Both the position numbers and the translations under genes were made by a program. A model generated the notes under the pieces. The model made no database searches, was not told the DNA's origin, and worked only from the letters and a program-made list of their open reading frames with translations. From positions 69,247 through 133,246 of the forward strand of contig CAZXMW010000006.1 in the NCBI GenBank assembly GCA_964641415.1: 64,000 bases of DNA, in the 5' to 3' direction. Source of the stretch: an uncultured Thermoanaerobaculia bacterium. Its GTDB lineage: Bacteria > Acidobacteriota > Thermoanaerobaculia > Thermoanaerobaculales > Sulfomarinibacteraceae. Shown in pieces: positions 53,205 through 62,941 of the stretch. Numbering within the stretch: the first letter of the stretch is position 1; every line of letters begins with the position of its first letter.

Positions 53205-54697
53205 GTCGGCCGATCCGGGAGCGGCCGGAGGACGGTCAGAGGGGTCGCATGCACGACGAGCCCGTTCCGGTACCGACCTACGGCGCCATGGTGCCGCTGG
53301 GCCAGAAAGTCGCCTACGGCGTCGGCATGCTGGGCAACCAGATGTTCCCCGCCGCCCTCGGCATCTTCATGGTGGTGCTCGTCAAGGGCCTGGGCTTTCC
53401 GCCGCTGCTGTGGGGCATCCTGTTCTTCGTGCCGAGGATTCTCGACGCGATCACCGACCCGGTCATGGGCTTCATCACCGACAACACCAGATCCCGCTGG
53501 GGCCGGCGGCGACCGTACATCTTCGTCGGCGCGATCGTCACCGGCCTGTCGTTCGTGGTCATGTGGCAGCTGTATGAAGAGAACAGCCTGCTGTTCAACT
53601 TCTCCTACTTCCTGGGCTTTTCCCTGATCTTCTACCTGGGCTTGACGGTGTTCGCCACGCCGTACGTCGCCATGGGCTACGAGATGAGCAGCGACTACCA
53701 CGAGCGCACTCGCCTCATGGCCGTGGCCCAGTGGATCGGCCAGTGGGCGTGGGTGATCTGCCCGTGGTTCTGGGTGCTGATCTACGATCCCGAGCTGTAT
53801 CCCTCGGCGGCGGCGGGCGCCAGAAGCCTCGCCGTGTGGGTCGGGCTGGGGTGCATGGGCCTCGCGCTGGTTCCCGCGCTGTTCTGCCGGAGCACGCCGA
53901 CCACCGATGCGGAGAGCCTCCAGGACCTGAGCCCGAAGAACCTCAAGCAGAACCTCGCCTCGTTTTTCACCGGCTTCAGAGCCGTCTTCGAATGCGCGCC
54001 GTTTAGGAAGCTGTGCGCGGCGACCTTCCTGGTCTTCAACGCCTTCAACACGGTCGCCGCCTTCTCGTTCTTCATCATCGTCTACCACCTGTTCGCGGGC
54101 GATGCCGGCGCGGCGGGCACCTGGCCCGCCTGGTTCGGCGCGATCAGCGCGCTGTGCACCTGCTTCCTGGTCATTCCGGTCATCACGTGGGTCTCTCACC
54201 GTCTCGGCAAAAGGACGACGTTTCTCCTTGCCCAGGCGGTGTCCATCGCCGGCTACGCCCTGTTCTGGTGGTGTTTCCGTCCCGGGTATCCGAAGCTGAT
54301 GCTGGCGCCGGTGCCGCTGTTCGCCTTCGGCATCGGAGGGCTGTTCACCCTCATGACGTCAATGACCGCCGACGTCTGTGACCTGGACGAGCTGAACACC
54401 GGCTCGAGACGGGAAGGGGCGTTCGGCGCCATCTACTGGTGGATGGTCAAGTTCGGGATGGCGGTCGCGGGTGGAATGAGCGGGCTGATCATGAGCCTCG
54501 TCGGGTTCGCCCCGGACGCCGCGGTCCAACCATCCGGCGCCGTCACCGGGATCAGAGTCGCCTACACCGTCGTGCCGATCACGGGCACCCTGCTCGCGAT
54601 GTGGGTCATGTGGGGGTACGAGATCACCGAGCAGCGGGCGAACGAGATTCGCCGCAAGCTCGAGCAACGCCGCGGCGCATCCGGCGTGTGCGGGTGA
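53201..54697 (+). CDS. GPH/MFS sugar transporter
   Basis: DAITDPVMGFITDNTRSRWGRRRPY, ADVCDLDELNTG.RREG; ATGA overlap with GH149. Confidence 0.92.
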   Translation: MSRPIRERPEDGQRGRMHDEPVPVPTYGAMVPLGQKVAYGVGMLGNQMFPAALGIFMVVLVKGLGFPPLLWGILFFVPRILDAITDPVMGFITDNTRSRWGRRRPYIFVGAIVTGLSFVVMWQLYEENSLLFNFSYFLGFSLIFYLGLTVFATPYVAMGYEMSSDYHERTRLMAVAQWIGQWAWVICPWFWVLIYDPELYPSAAAGARSLAVWVGLGCMGLALVPALFCRSTPTTDAESLQDLSPKNLKQNLASFFTGFRAVFECAPFRKLCAATFLVFNAFNTVAAFSFFIIVYHLFAGDAGAAGTWPAWFGAISALCTCFLVIPVITWVSHRLGKRTTFLLAQAVSIAGYALFWWCFRPGYPKLMLAPVPLFAFGIGGLFTLMTSMTADVCDLDELNTGSRREGAFGAIYWWMVKFGMAVAGGMSGLIMSLVGFAPDAAVQPSGAVTGIRVAYTVVPITGTLLAMWVMWGYEITEQRANEIRRKLEQRRGASGVCG

Positions 54698-54781
54698 TTC
54701 GACGATGATGAGCGGCACGCGGTCGAAGATGGCCACCACCGGCATCGTTCACGGGCTTGATGCCCACGACGTCTCCAAGGA

Positions 54782-56431
54782 ATGCAACTCGACATGAACA
54801 CCCTCGGCATTCTCGACTGGACCGTGATCGCGCTCTACTTTGCATCGATCTTCGCGGTGGCGTGGTGGGTGGCCGGCCGGAAGAAGTCCACCCACGAGTC
54901 TTCGGCCGGCTACTTCCTGGCGGGACGCAACGTGGGTTGGTTCGTCGTGGGCACTGCGCTGTTCGCGTCGAACATCGGCTCAGAACACCTCGTCGGGCTC
55001 GCGGGGACCGGGTATGACAGCGGTATCGCGGTCGGCCAGTTCGAGGTCCTGGCCTCGCTCATCCTGCTGATCCTGGGTTGGCTGTTCGTGCCGTTCTACC
55101 TCAAGAGCGGCGTCTACACGATGCCCGAGTTCCTCGAGCGGCGATACTCTCCCGCCGCCAGGTGGTACCTGGCCGTCATCTCGATCGTCGGCTACGTGCT
55201 GACCAAGATCTCGGTCACCCTCTACGCGGGCGGCATCGTCTACGAGGTCCTGCTCGGGGGCAGCTTCTGGACCGGCGCGCTGATCATCGTCATCGCCACC
55301 GGTCTGTACACGGTGCTCGGTGGGCTGCGGGCCGTCCTCTACACCGAGATGGTCCAGACGATTGTCCTGATCGGCGGCGCGATCCTCGTCACCGCCGTCG
55401 GGATGGTCAAGCTCGGCGGATGGACCGCGCTTCGTGCGGCCACCGATCCCAGCTATTTCGACATGTGGCAGCCGATGAGCCACCCCTCGTTTCCCTGGAC
55501 CGGGATTCTGTTCGGGGCGCCGATCCTCGGCGTCTGGTACTGGTGCACGGATCAGTTCATCGTCCAGCGCGTGCTGTCGGCCAAGGGGATCGACGACGCG
55601 CGCCGGGGAACGATCTTCGGTGGCTTCCTCAAGCTCCTGCCGCTGTTCATCTTCGTTTTGCCGGGCGTCGTTGCGGCGGCGCTGGTCGGCACCGGGCAGC
55701 TCGAGCTGGCGCGCGCCGATCACGCCTTGCCGGAGATGATCCGCACGCTGCTGCCGGTCGGGATTCGGGGCCTTGTGATGGCCGGCTTCCTCGCGGCACT
55801 GATGAGCTCGCTCGCCGCGGTGTTCAACTCGTGCTCGACGTTGATCACGTGGGATGTCTACCGCAAGCTGCGGCCAAAAGCATCCGAACGCCAGCTCGTC
55901 ATCGTCGGCAAGGTCGCCACGGTGTTTCTGGTCGGCTTCGGCCTGGCGTGGATTCCGTTCATGAAGGTCATCTCCGGTCAGCTCTACGTCTACCTGCAGA
56001 GCGTCCAGGCCTACATCTCGCCGCCGATCGCCGCCGTCTTCCTGCTCGGAGTGTTTTGGAAACGGGTGAACAGCGCGGGCGCCATCGCCTCGCTTGCGAC
56101 CGGCTTCGTGCTCGGTGCCGCACGCCTCGGCCTCGAGCTCGCCAAGAGCTCGACGAGCGGCATTCTGTACTGGTATGCGGACATCAATTTCCTCCACTTC
56201 GCCGTCTTGCTGTTCGCGATCTGTACCGCCGTGCTGGTCGGTGTCAGCCTGGTGACACGAGCGGAACCGGCCGCGAAGCTGGCCGGACTGACCTTCGCCA
56301 CCGCGACCCTCGCAGCCGAGGAGCCCGACGAGCGCCTGGTCTCCGATCCTGTGTGGCGCCGGCGCGACGTGGTGCTTTCCGTGCTGCTCGTCCTCGGGGT
56401 GTTCCTGGTCTGGTTTGCGTTCCGGGGCTGA
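54782..56431 (+). CDS. Sodium:solute symporter (SGLT-like)
   Basis: YFLAGR, FASNIGSEHLVGLAG, TMPEFLERR, WYWCTDQFIVQRVL, AALMSSL. Confidence 0.95.
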   Translation: MQLDMNTLGILDWTVIALYFASIFAVAWWVAGRKKSTHESSAGYFLAGRNVGWFVVGTALFASNIGSEHLVGLAGTGYDSGIAVGQFEVLASLILLILGWLFVPFYLKSGVYTMPEFLERRYSPAARWYLAVISIVGYVLTKISVTLYAGGIVYEVLLGGSFWTGALIIVIATGLYTVLGGLRAVLYTEMVQTIVLIGGAILVTAVGMVKLGGWTALRAATDPSYFDMWQPMSHPSFPWTGILFGAPILGVWYWCTDQFIVQRVLSAKGIDDARRGTIFGGFLKLLPLFIFVLPGVVAAALVGTGQLELARADHALPEMIRTLLPVGIRGLVMAGFLAALMSSLAAVFNSCSTLITWDVYRKLRPKASERQLVIVGKVATVFLVGFGLAWIPFMKVISGQLYVYLQSVQAYISPPIAAVFLLGVFWKRVNSAGAIASLATGFVLGAARLGLELAKSSTSGILYWYADINFLHFAVLLFAICTAVLVGVSLVTRAEPAAKLAGLTFATATLAAEEPDERLVSDPVWRRRDVVLSVLLVLGVFLVWFAFRG

Positions 56432-56453
56432 GCCCTGCGATCGTGAGGCTGAC

Positions 56454-58760
56454 TCAGCCGGTGGAACTGACGGAGGCGGCGGGCGCCTCGACCGGCTCGC
56501 TGCGGGCGTCGGCGCGGTCGCCGTGGAGAAACAGCAGCGCCTTCTCGGGGGTGAGCGGGGCGTCGTAGAAGCCGGTACGGTCGGGGCGGAAGGCGCGCAG
56601 GGCACTGAGGATCGCGAAGTAGCCGCCGATGCCGTACATGAAGGGCGGTTCGCCGATGGCCTTGGACCGCATGACGGCCTTGGGGTTGTCGGCGTCGGGC
56701 AGGAAGTGGCCCTCGAGCACCGGGGTGCTCGGCAGATCGGGGATCTTGTACGTCGACAGGGTGTCGGACAGGTTCCGGCCGTCGGAGAAGACCAGCTCCT
56801 CCATGGTCATCCAGCCGAGGCCCTGAATCACGCCGCCCTCGAGCTGGCCGCGGTCGGTGATCTCGTCCAGGCTGCGGCCGCCGTCGTGCACCACGCGCAC
56901 GCGGTCGACGGTGGTGATGCCGCGCAGGCAGTCCACCGTCGCTTCGACCACGGCGGTGCCGAAGACGTGGTAGGCGAAGGGCTCGCCCTGCTCGAGCTCG
57001 CGGTCGTACCAGATACCGGGCGTCGCGTAGTGAGCCTGTGCGGACAGGTTGATTCGTCGGATGTAGGCGGCCGCGACCAGCTGGTTCCAGGCGAGCTCGG
57101 TCGGAGCGCCATCGACAGTGACGATGCCGTCGGCCAGGTCGAGCGCGTCGAAGGGGCGGTCGAGGATCTCGGCCGCCACCGACAGCAGCCGGTGGACCAC
57201 CGCGCGGCACGCGAGCTCGGTGGCGCGGCCGTTCATGTCGGCGCCGGACGAAGCGGCAGTGGGGGAGGTGTTGGCCACGGTGCGCGTCGTCGTGGTCTCG
57301 ATGCGGATCCGGTCGCGCGGAAGACCGAGGGCGGCGGAGGCGACCGCGAGGAGCTTGGCGTTGACGCCCTGGCCCATCTCGATGGCGCCGGTGGACACGC
57401 TGACCGAGCCGTCGGTGTAGACGTGAACCAGCGCGCCGGCCTGGTTGAGGGTGGTGTTCGTGAACGAAATGCCGAAGCACACCGGCATCAGCGCGAAGCC
57501 GCGCTTGACGAGAGATTCGGACGCGTTGTGGGCCGCGATCTCGGTCTCCAGCGCCTCGACGTCGAAGCGCTCGACGGCGTCTGCGAAGCTGCGCCGGGCC
57601 TGGGACCGCTCGGTCCGCATGCCGTAGGGGAACGGGTCGCCCTCGTCGAGCAGGTTCTTCTGCTGCAGCCTCCAGGCCGGCATCGACAGGGCTTCAGCGG
57701 CCCGGGCGAGGGCGGCCTCGAGGACGAACATGGCCTGGGGCGCACCGAAGCCGCGGAAGGCTGTGAACGGCGGCAGGTTGGTCCGGCAGCTCGCAGCATG
57801 GATGCGCGCGTTGGGCGCCAGGTAGGCGTTGGTGGCGTGGAACAGCGATCGCTCGAGGATGGCCGGAGACAGGTCGGCGGCGGCGCCGGCGTTCTGCCAG
57901 AGCCAGACCTCGTAGGCGACGATGGTGCCATCGCGGGTGAGCCCGAGCTTGAAGTCGGACGAGTAGGGGTGGCGCTTGCCGGTGAAGCGCATGTCCTCGT
58001 GCCGACTGAGCACCAGCTTGACCGGCCGGCCGGTGACGTGGACGCCGAGCGCTGCCATCACCGCCCACGGCGTCGCCTGGTCCTCCTTGCCGCCGAAGGC
58101 GCCGCCGAGCCGCTCGACCTCGACCTCGACGGCGTTCATGGGCAGGTCCAGGACCCGGGCGGTGATCCGCTGGACGATGGTCGGCGCCTGGGTCGACGAA
58201 AAGAGCTTGATCCGACCGCCCGAGGCGGGCAGCGCCAGCGCCGCCTGGGTCTCGAGGTAGAGGTGCTCCTGGCCCGCCGAGTCGGCCCGGCCGGAGACGA
58301 CGATGTCGCAGTCGTCCCAGGCGGCGTCGACGTCGCCGGTCTCGAGCGTCCGCGACGCGTTGATGAGCTCGCCCGCCGCGGCCGCCTCCCGCGGGTCGAA
58401 GATCGCCGGCAGCTCCTCGAGGTCGAGGGTGACCGCGCGGACGCCTGCCCGGGCCTGGTGCGGGGTCTCGGCGACGACCACCGCCACCGGTTGGCCGACG
58501 AAGTGGACCGCGTCTTCGGCGAGCAGGGTCTCGTCCTGGACGATCCCGCCGATCTGGTTGGCGCCGGGGATGTCGGCGGCGGTGAGGACCGTGGCGACGC
58601 CCTCGATCTCGCGCGCCGCCGCGGTGTCGATCCCGAGCAGGCGGGCGTGGGGAACCGGCGAGGTCACCACAGCGGCGTGCAGCAGCCCCGCGGGGTCGGG
58701 CAGGTCGTCGATGTAGCGGGACGTCCCGCGGACGTGGGCGATGATCTCGGGCGAGGTCAC
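56454..58760 (-). CDS. xdhB: Xanthine dehydrogenase molybdopterin subunit
   Basis: QEHLYLETQ, RLGGAFGGKEDQ, TGKRHP, AFRGFG.PQ, SPTAASSG, KAIGEPP; GTG start overlaps the xdhA stop. Confidence 0.93.
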   Translation of the reverse strand: MTSPEIIAHVRGTSRYIDDLPDPAGLLHAAVVTSPVPHARLLGIDTAAAREIEGVATVLTAADIPGANQIGGIVQDETLLAEDAVHFVGQPVAVVVAETPHQARAGVRAVTLDLEELPAIFDPREAAAAGELINASRTLETGDVDAAWDDCDIVVSGRADSAGQEHLYLETQAALALPASGGRIKLFSSTQAPTIVQRITARVLDLPMNAVEVEVERLGGAFGGKEDQATPWAVMAALGVHVTGRPVKLVLSRHEDMRFTGKRHPYSSDFKLGLTRDGTIVAYEVWLWQNAGAAADLSPAILERSLFHATNAYLAPNARIHAASCRTNLPPFTAFRGFGAPQAMFVLEAALARAAEALSMPAWRLQQKNLLDEGDPFPYGMRTERSQARRSFADAVERFDVEALETEIAAHNASESLVKRGFALMPVCFGISFTNTTLNQAGALVHVYTDGSVSVSTGAIEMGQGVNAKLLAVASAALGLPRDRIRIETTTTRTVANTSPTAASSGADMNGRATELACRAVVHRLLSVAAEILDRPFDALDLADGIVTVDGAPTELAWNQLVAAAYIRRINLSAQAHYATPGIWYDRELEQGEPFAYHVFGTAVVEATVDCLRGITTVDRVRVVHDGGRSLDEITDRGQLEGGVIQGLGWMTMEELVFSDGRNLSDTLSTYKIPDLPSTPVLEGHFLPDADNPKAVMRSKAIGEPPFMYGIGGYFAILSALRAFRPDRTGFYDAPLTPEKALLFLHGDRADARSEPVEAPAASVSSTG

Positions 58761-60172
58761 GCTGGAATCCCGACCAGCTCGGCTGACAGGCCGAACAGGC
58801 GTTGGAAGTGTGCGAGCACGAGCTGACGGAGCAGCAACCGCTTGTAGGCGGCAGAGCCCCGGACGTCGGAAATCGGCGAGATCTCCCCCTCGGCCGCCGT
58901 GGCCGCGGACCACGCCGTCGCGGCGTCCGGCGGTCGTCCGATGACGGACTCCTCGGCGGCGGTCAAGGCCAGCGGCACCGGCGCCACGCCGCCGGCCGAG
59001 AAACCGGCGGCGACGATGACACCGCCGTCGAGCCAGAAGGAGGCCGCGGTATTGACGCTGGCGATGTCGAGATACCGGCGCTTGGAGACCTTCTCGAAGT
59101 TGAACCGGATGCCCGGCCGCCGAAGGACGCGGATCTCGTCGACGAGCTCTCCGGGTGCGAGGTCCGTGGTCTTGTAGCCGCGGTAGAACGAGCGCAGCGG
59201 CACCGTGCGTCGGTCGTCGTTGCGGACCAGCACGAGCCGGGCGTCGAGGGCCATGAGCATGGCGGTCATGTCCCCGATGGGGGAGGCGTTGACGAGATTG
59301 CCGGCCAGCGTCGCCCGTTCGCGGATCGGCCACGAGCCCATGAGGTCCATCGGGCCCGCGATGTCGCCGAGCCAGTCGGCGAGCTCCGTCGACCGTTTCA
59401 GGTCCTCGGCGGTGGCGGCGCCGGAGAAGACGATCTCGTTGCCGTCGAGCCTGATTCCGTCGCGCCGGGTGGGCACCAACTCGACGTTGACGTGGGCGAA
59501 GTCTTCGGGTCGCTGGACATAGAGATCGGTCCCGCCCGCCACCGGCCGGTCGCGCCCTTCGTCGCGCCAGATCGGTTCGAGCCGCTGGGTCTTCGACCGG
59601 GCGTCGCGCAGAGCCTCGGGCAGCAGCCCCTCGCGGACGAGGGCGGCGAAGCGCGGCTCGTCGATGGCGACCCGGTCGCGCAGTCGGCCGAGAATCGTCT
59701 CGGTCGCCCGTTGAATCGACGCGTAGCCGGTGCAGCGGCAGATGTTGCCGGCCATGGAGTTGAGCGCCGGCCCAAGATCCCAGGACGAGCAGCCGAGCAG
59801 ATGACCGGCGAGTGCGACCAGAAACCCGGGCGTGCAGAATCCGCACTGGGACGCGCCCTCGTCGATGAACGGCTGGTGGAGCTCTGTCACGTGGCCCGGA
59901 TCGAGACCCTCGACGGTGATGACGTGGCGGCCCACCACCGACCCGACGGGGACCAGGCACGAGGTCACGGCCCGGTAGCGAACGCCGAACTCGCTCGGTT
60001 CCCCGACGAGCACGACGCACGAGCCGCAGTCGCCCTCGCGGCACGCGGCCTTGGTCCCCTTGAGCCCCGCGGCGTCCCGGATGACGTCGAGCAGCGGCCG
60101 CCCCGTCGGCACCTCGAAGGTGACCACGTCGGTGTTGAGGACGAATGTGACTGCGCGCGTCACCTGCTGCAC
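58757..60172 (-). CDS. xdhA: Xanthine dehydrogenase small subunit (2Fe-2S + FAD)
   Basis: KAACREGDCGSC, QCGFCTPG, CRCTGY, AGGTD, ATLAGNLVNASPIGD, PISDVRGSA.Y. Confidence 0.92.
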   Translation of the reverse strand: MQQVTRAVTFVLNTDVVTFEVPTGRPLLDVIRDAAGLKGTKAACREGDCGSCVVLVGEPSEFGVRYRAVTSCLVPVGSVVGRHVITVEGLDPGHVTELHQPFIDEGASQCGFCTPGFLVALAGHLLGCSSWDLGPALNSMAGNICRCTGYASIQRATETILGRLRDRVAIDEPRFAALVREGLLPEALRDARSKTQRLEPIWRDEGRDRPVAGGTDLYVQRPEDFAHVNVELVPTRRDGIRLDGNEIVFSGAATAEDLKRSTELADWLGDIAGPMDLMGSWPIRERATLAGNLVNASPIGDMTAMLMALDARLVLVRNDDRRTVPLRSFYRGYKTTDLAPGELVDEIRVLRRPGIRFNFEKVSKRRYLDIASVNTAASFWLDGGVIVAAGFSAGGVAPVPLALTAAEESVIGRPPDAATAWSAATAAEGEISPISDVRGSAAYKRLLLRQLVLAHFQRLFGLSAELVGIPA

Positions 60173-60231
60173 AACCCCAGTAGATGCAGACCTTCCACAG
60201 GCTTAGCGTAGCACGATCATCGGTTCCCATT

Positions 60232-60279
60232 TTCAAATCTGACCGCCGGCTCTCCCGAGAGCCGGCGGTCAGATTTGAA
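60232..60279. terminator. Perfect 23-bp inverted repeat between yfcC-like and xdhA
   Basis: TTCAAATCTGACCGCCGGCTCTC-CC-GAGAGCCGGCGGTCAGATTTGAA. Confidence 0.65.
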
Positions 60280-60287
60280 CCTGCAGA

Positions 60288-61715
60288 TCATTGAAGTCCC
60301 AGCACCACCGCAGCGGCCATGAACACGACCGCGACGAGCAGCAGCTGAGCCAACAGCGGCACCATGAAACGGAGCCACCGCTCGTAGGGAACACCGGCGA
60401 GGCCGAGGGACGCCATGAGGATGCCCGAGGTCGGGATTACGGTGTTGGAGAAACCGTCGCCGCACGTGAAGGCGAAGACCGCGGTCTGGCGGGTCAGCCC
60501 GAGGACGTCGGCGAGCGGCGCCATGAGGGGCATGGTGACCGCCGCCTGGCCCGAGCCCGACGGGATGAAGAAGTTGAGGGTCGCCTGGAAGAGGAGCATT
60601 CCCTCGGCGGCGACCAGACGCGGCACGCTGAGCAGGACGACGGACGCCGACTGGATCAGGGTGTCGAGGATGAGGGCGTCCTCCATGACCACAGTGACCG
60701 CGCGGGCGAAGCCGACCACGAGCGCGGCGACGGTCATCTCCTCCATGCCCCTGACGACGGCGCGGGTCGCGTCGGGGACCGGCATGCGGGAGACCACGAC
60801 GGCCACCAGCCCCATGAGGATGAAGCCGCCGGCCATCTCGGGCAGCCACCAGCCACGCGCCTGCACCGCCCACAGAATGAAGCCGAAGATCCCGACGCAC
60901 GCGACCACCGTGACCACGTGGGCCCCGGTCAGCTGCGGCGGCTCGACGTCGTGGTCGATCTCGGCGTCGACTCCGGCGACGTAGGATGCGCTCGGGTCGC
61001 GCCGGACCCGGGCGCCGTAGCGCAGCATGTAGACGATGGTCACGGTCATGCAGCAGGCGAAGAAGGCGAGGCGGAAGCCGATGGCGCTGTTGAGCGGCAG
61101 CCCGGCGATGCTCTGGGCGATGTTGACGGTGAACGGATTGGTGGTGGCGGCGGCGAAGCCGACGGCGCCGGCGACGTAGACCAGGGCCGTACCGTAGATC
61201 CGGTCGCAGCGAATCTCGCGGGCGACGATGAGAAAAATCGGCACCAGCGGGATGAACTCCTCGCCCATACCGAGGGTCGAGCCGCCGATCCCCATGAGCA
61301 GCATGAGCACGACGGTGAGGAGCTTCCACCGGTGGCGCAATCGCTCGAGCACGGCATGGAGCACCGCCGGAATCGTGCCGGTGGCCTGCAGAATGCCGAA
61401 CACGCCGCCGATGATGAAGATGAAGAAGATGATGTCGGCGGCGGCGATCATGCCGCGCGGGATCGCGCTCAGGAAGCCCTCGAGGCTGGTGGGGGTCGCC
61501 ATCTCCGCCACCCGCTGCTCGAACAGCACGCCCGCCGGCGACAGGTGCTTGGGGACCGTCTCGAAGGTGTCCGGCACCACCATGGTGCGCTCGGTCCCGC
61601 CAACGACCCGGTCCTCACGCGCGAACTCGCCCGACGGTACGATCCAGGTCAGCAGGCTGCACGCGAACACGACCCCGGTCAGCAGCGCGAACACATGCGG
61701 AATCTTGAACTTCAC
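60288..61715 (-). CDS. YfcC/ArcD-like (DcuC superfamily) transporter
   Basis: KIPHVF, GMGEE, TNPFTV.IAQ.IAGLP, PSGSGQAAVTMP, GDGFSN...PTSG; GTG after GAGGAG. Confidence 0.9.
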   Translation of the reverse strand: MKFKIPHVFALLTGVVFACSLLTWIVPSGEFAREDRVVGGTERTMVVPDTFETVPKHLSPAGVLFEQRVAEMATPTSLEGFLSAIPRGMIAAADIIFFIFIIGGVFGILQATGTIPAVLHAVLERLRHRWKLLTVVLMLLMGIGGSTLGMGEEFIPLVPIFLIVAREIRCDRIYGTALVYVAGAVGFAAATTNPFTVNIAQSIAGLPLNSAIGFRLAFFACCMTVTIVYMLRYGARVRRDPSASYVAGVDAEIDHDVEPPQLTGAHVVTVVACVGIFGFILWAVQARGWWLPEMAGGFILMGLVAVVVSRMPVPDATRAVVRGMEEMTVAALVVGFARAVTVVMEDALILDTLIQSASVVLLSVPRLVAAEGMLLFQATLNFFIPSGSGQAAVTMPLMAPLADVLGLTRQTAVFAFTCGDGFSNTVIPTSGILMASLGLAGVPYERWLRFMVPLLAQLLLVAVVFMAAAVVLGLQ

Positions 61716-61739
61716 GGCTCTCCTCAAGCGGAATCTATC

Positions 61740-61881
61740 AGTTTTTAGTTTTTAGTTTTGAGTTCTTAGTTCCGTCACAGAAGGCACCGGGTCGGGAGGT
61801 CTGGGCTGAATGCTCTCGGTTCGGCCGCGGTCCTCGCCACTTGCGATGAAACTAAAAACTAAAAACTAACAACTAAAAACT
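61740..61881. repeat. Inverted AT-rich heptamer arrays
   Basis: (AGTTTTT)n at 61740-61771 and (AACTAAA)n at 61850-61881 form 32-bp IR arms with 3 mismatches. Confidence 0.85.
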
Positions 61882-61913
61882 CATGATTCATAACCCATAG
61901 TTCCGCATCCGCT

Positions 61914-62783
61914 TCAGCTTCCTTCCGGACCGACGTCCGGATCGTCGGTGAGCACCCGGCTGATCCTGGCGAAGGCGTCGATGGCCTGGTCCGGATGGCG
62001 GGTGGCGACGGCGGTGGCCAGGGCATTGATCACCACCGTCATGGCCGCCACCGCGTTGGTGAAGGTCAGGTTGTCGCTGCGCACCGCGAGCGACAGCCCG
62101 GCCCGACGGGCGGGCGGGGCGAGCAGGCGGTCGCAGAGCGCAACGGTCGAGGCGCCGGCTTCGGCAGCCGCGGTCACCAGCTCGATGCTCTGGCGCGAGT
62201 ACGGCGGCAGCGAGATCACGAGTACCAGGTCCCGCTCGGTCGTCATGACGATCTGTTCGAGGGGAGAGGAGTAGCCGGTGGACAGGGAGTGGGCTGCGAT
62301 TCCGATCTGGACCAGCGCGTAGGCCGCCAGCTCGGCGAGATGGGCCGAGATCCCCATGCCGAAGGTGTAGACGTGCTCGGCCTCGAACAGATCCTCGGCG
62401 ATGGCGGCAAAGACCTCCCGGTCGATGTTCTCGACGGTTCGCCGGATGTTGCGCCCCTCGTGCAGGGCCACCGATTCGAGCAGGTCGCCCTCCCGGAGCT
62501 CGTCGATCGCGGTCTCGTCCTCGACCCCGAGACGATTCTGGAGCAGCTCGACGAGGGCCATTTTGAGCTCGGCGAAACCGGAAAACCCGATTCGCTGGCC
62601 GAAGCGGACGACGGTCGCCTCGGAAACGCCGCACCGGCGGGCGAGCTCGGGAACCGAAAGAAAGGGCACCGTGTCGAGGTGCTCGAGCAGGTAGCTGGCG
62701 ATGGATCGCTGCTGGGGCGGCAGGTCCTCCACGTGCTCGAGGATCCGCTCACGCACCCCGACGGCAGCTGCTTGGTCTTGCAT
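61914..62783 (-). CDS. MurR/RpiR-family regulator (HTH + SIS)
   Basis: ELARRCGVSEATVVRF..RIGFSGF.ELK; FGMGIS; SIS domain. Confidence 0.92.
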   Translation of the reverse strand: MQDQAAAVGVRERILEHVEDLPPQQRSIASYLLEHLDTVPFLSVPELARRCGVSEATVVRFGQRIGFSGFAELKMALVELLQNRLGVEDETAIDELREGDLLESVALHEGRNIRRTVENIDREVFAAIAEDLFEAEHVYTFGMGISAHLAELAAYALVQIGIAAHSLSTGYSSPLEQIVMTTERDLVLVISLPPYSRQSIELVTAAAEAGASTVALCDRLLAPPARRAGLSLAVRSDNLTFTNAVAAMTVVINALATAVATRHPDQAIDAFARISRVLTDDPDVGPEGS

Positions 62784-62840
62784 GGTTCTGATCCTCCCGC
62801 TGCCGTGCTCCGCTGAATCCCGACGGCATGCACGGATCGC

Positions 62841-62923
62841 TTGACAGATCGCGACCCTGAGCCTATCTTACCAGCATGATCGTGAAATTTTCATTTCATC
62901 AATTTAACGAAACGAATTTTTCA
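62841..62923 (+). promoter_or_regulatory. Sigma70 promoter with putative RpiR operator(s)
   Basis: TTGACA-N17-TATCTT (62841-62869); TGAAAT-N4-ATTTCA (62883-62898) and a degenerate copy at ~62908-62923. Confidence 0.65.
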
Positions 62924-62941
62924 TTCCTGAGGGGAGGACCC

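Noticed and set aside
54686-54760. MFS ending VCG-UGA as selenocysteine
   Set aside because: The transporter is already complete and the following codons are not protein-like
56454-60236. 1260-aa ORF as an XdhA-XdhB fusion or frameshift
   Set aside because: The N-terminal part is an off-frame shadow of xdhA; xdhA and xdhB simply overlap by GTGA
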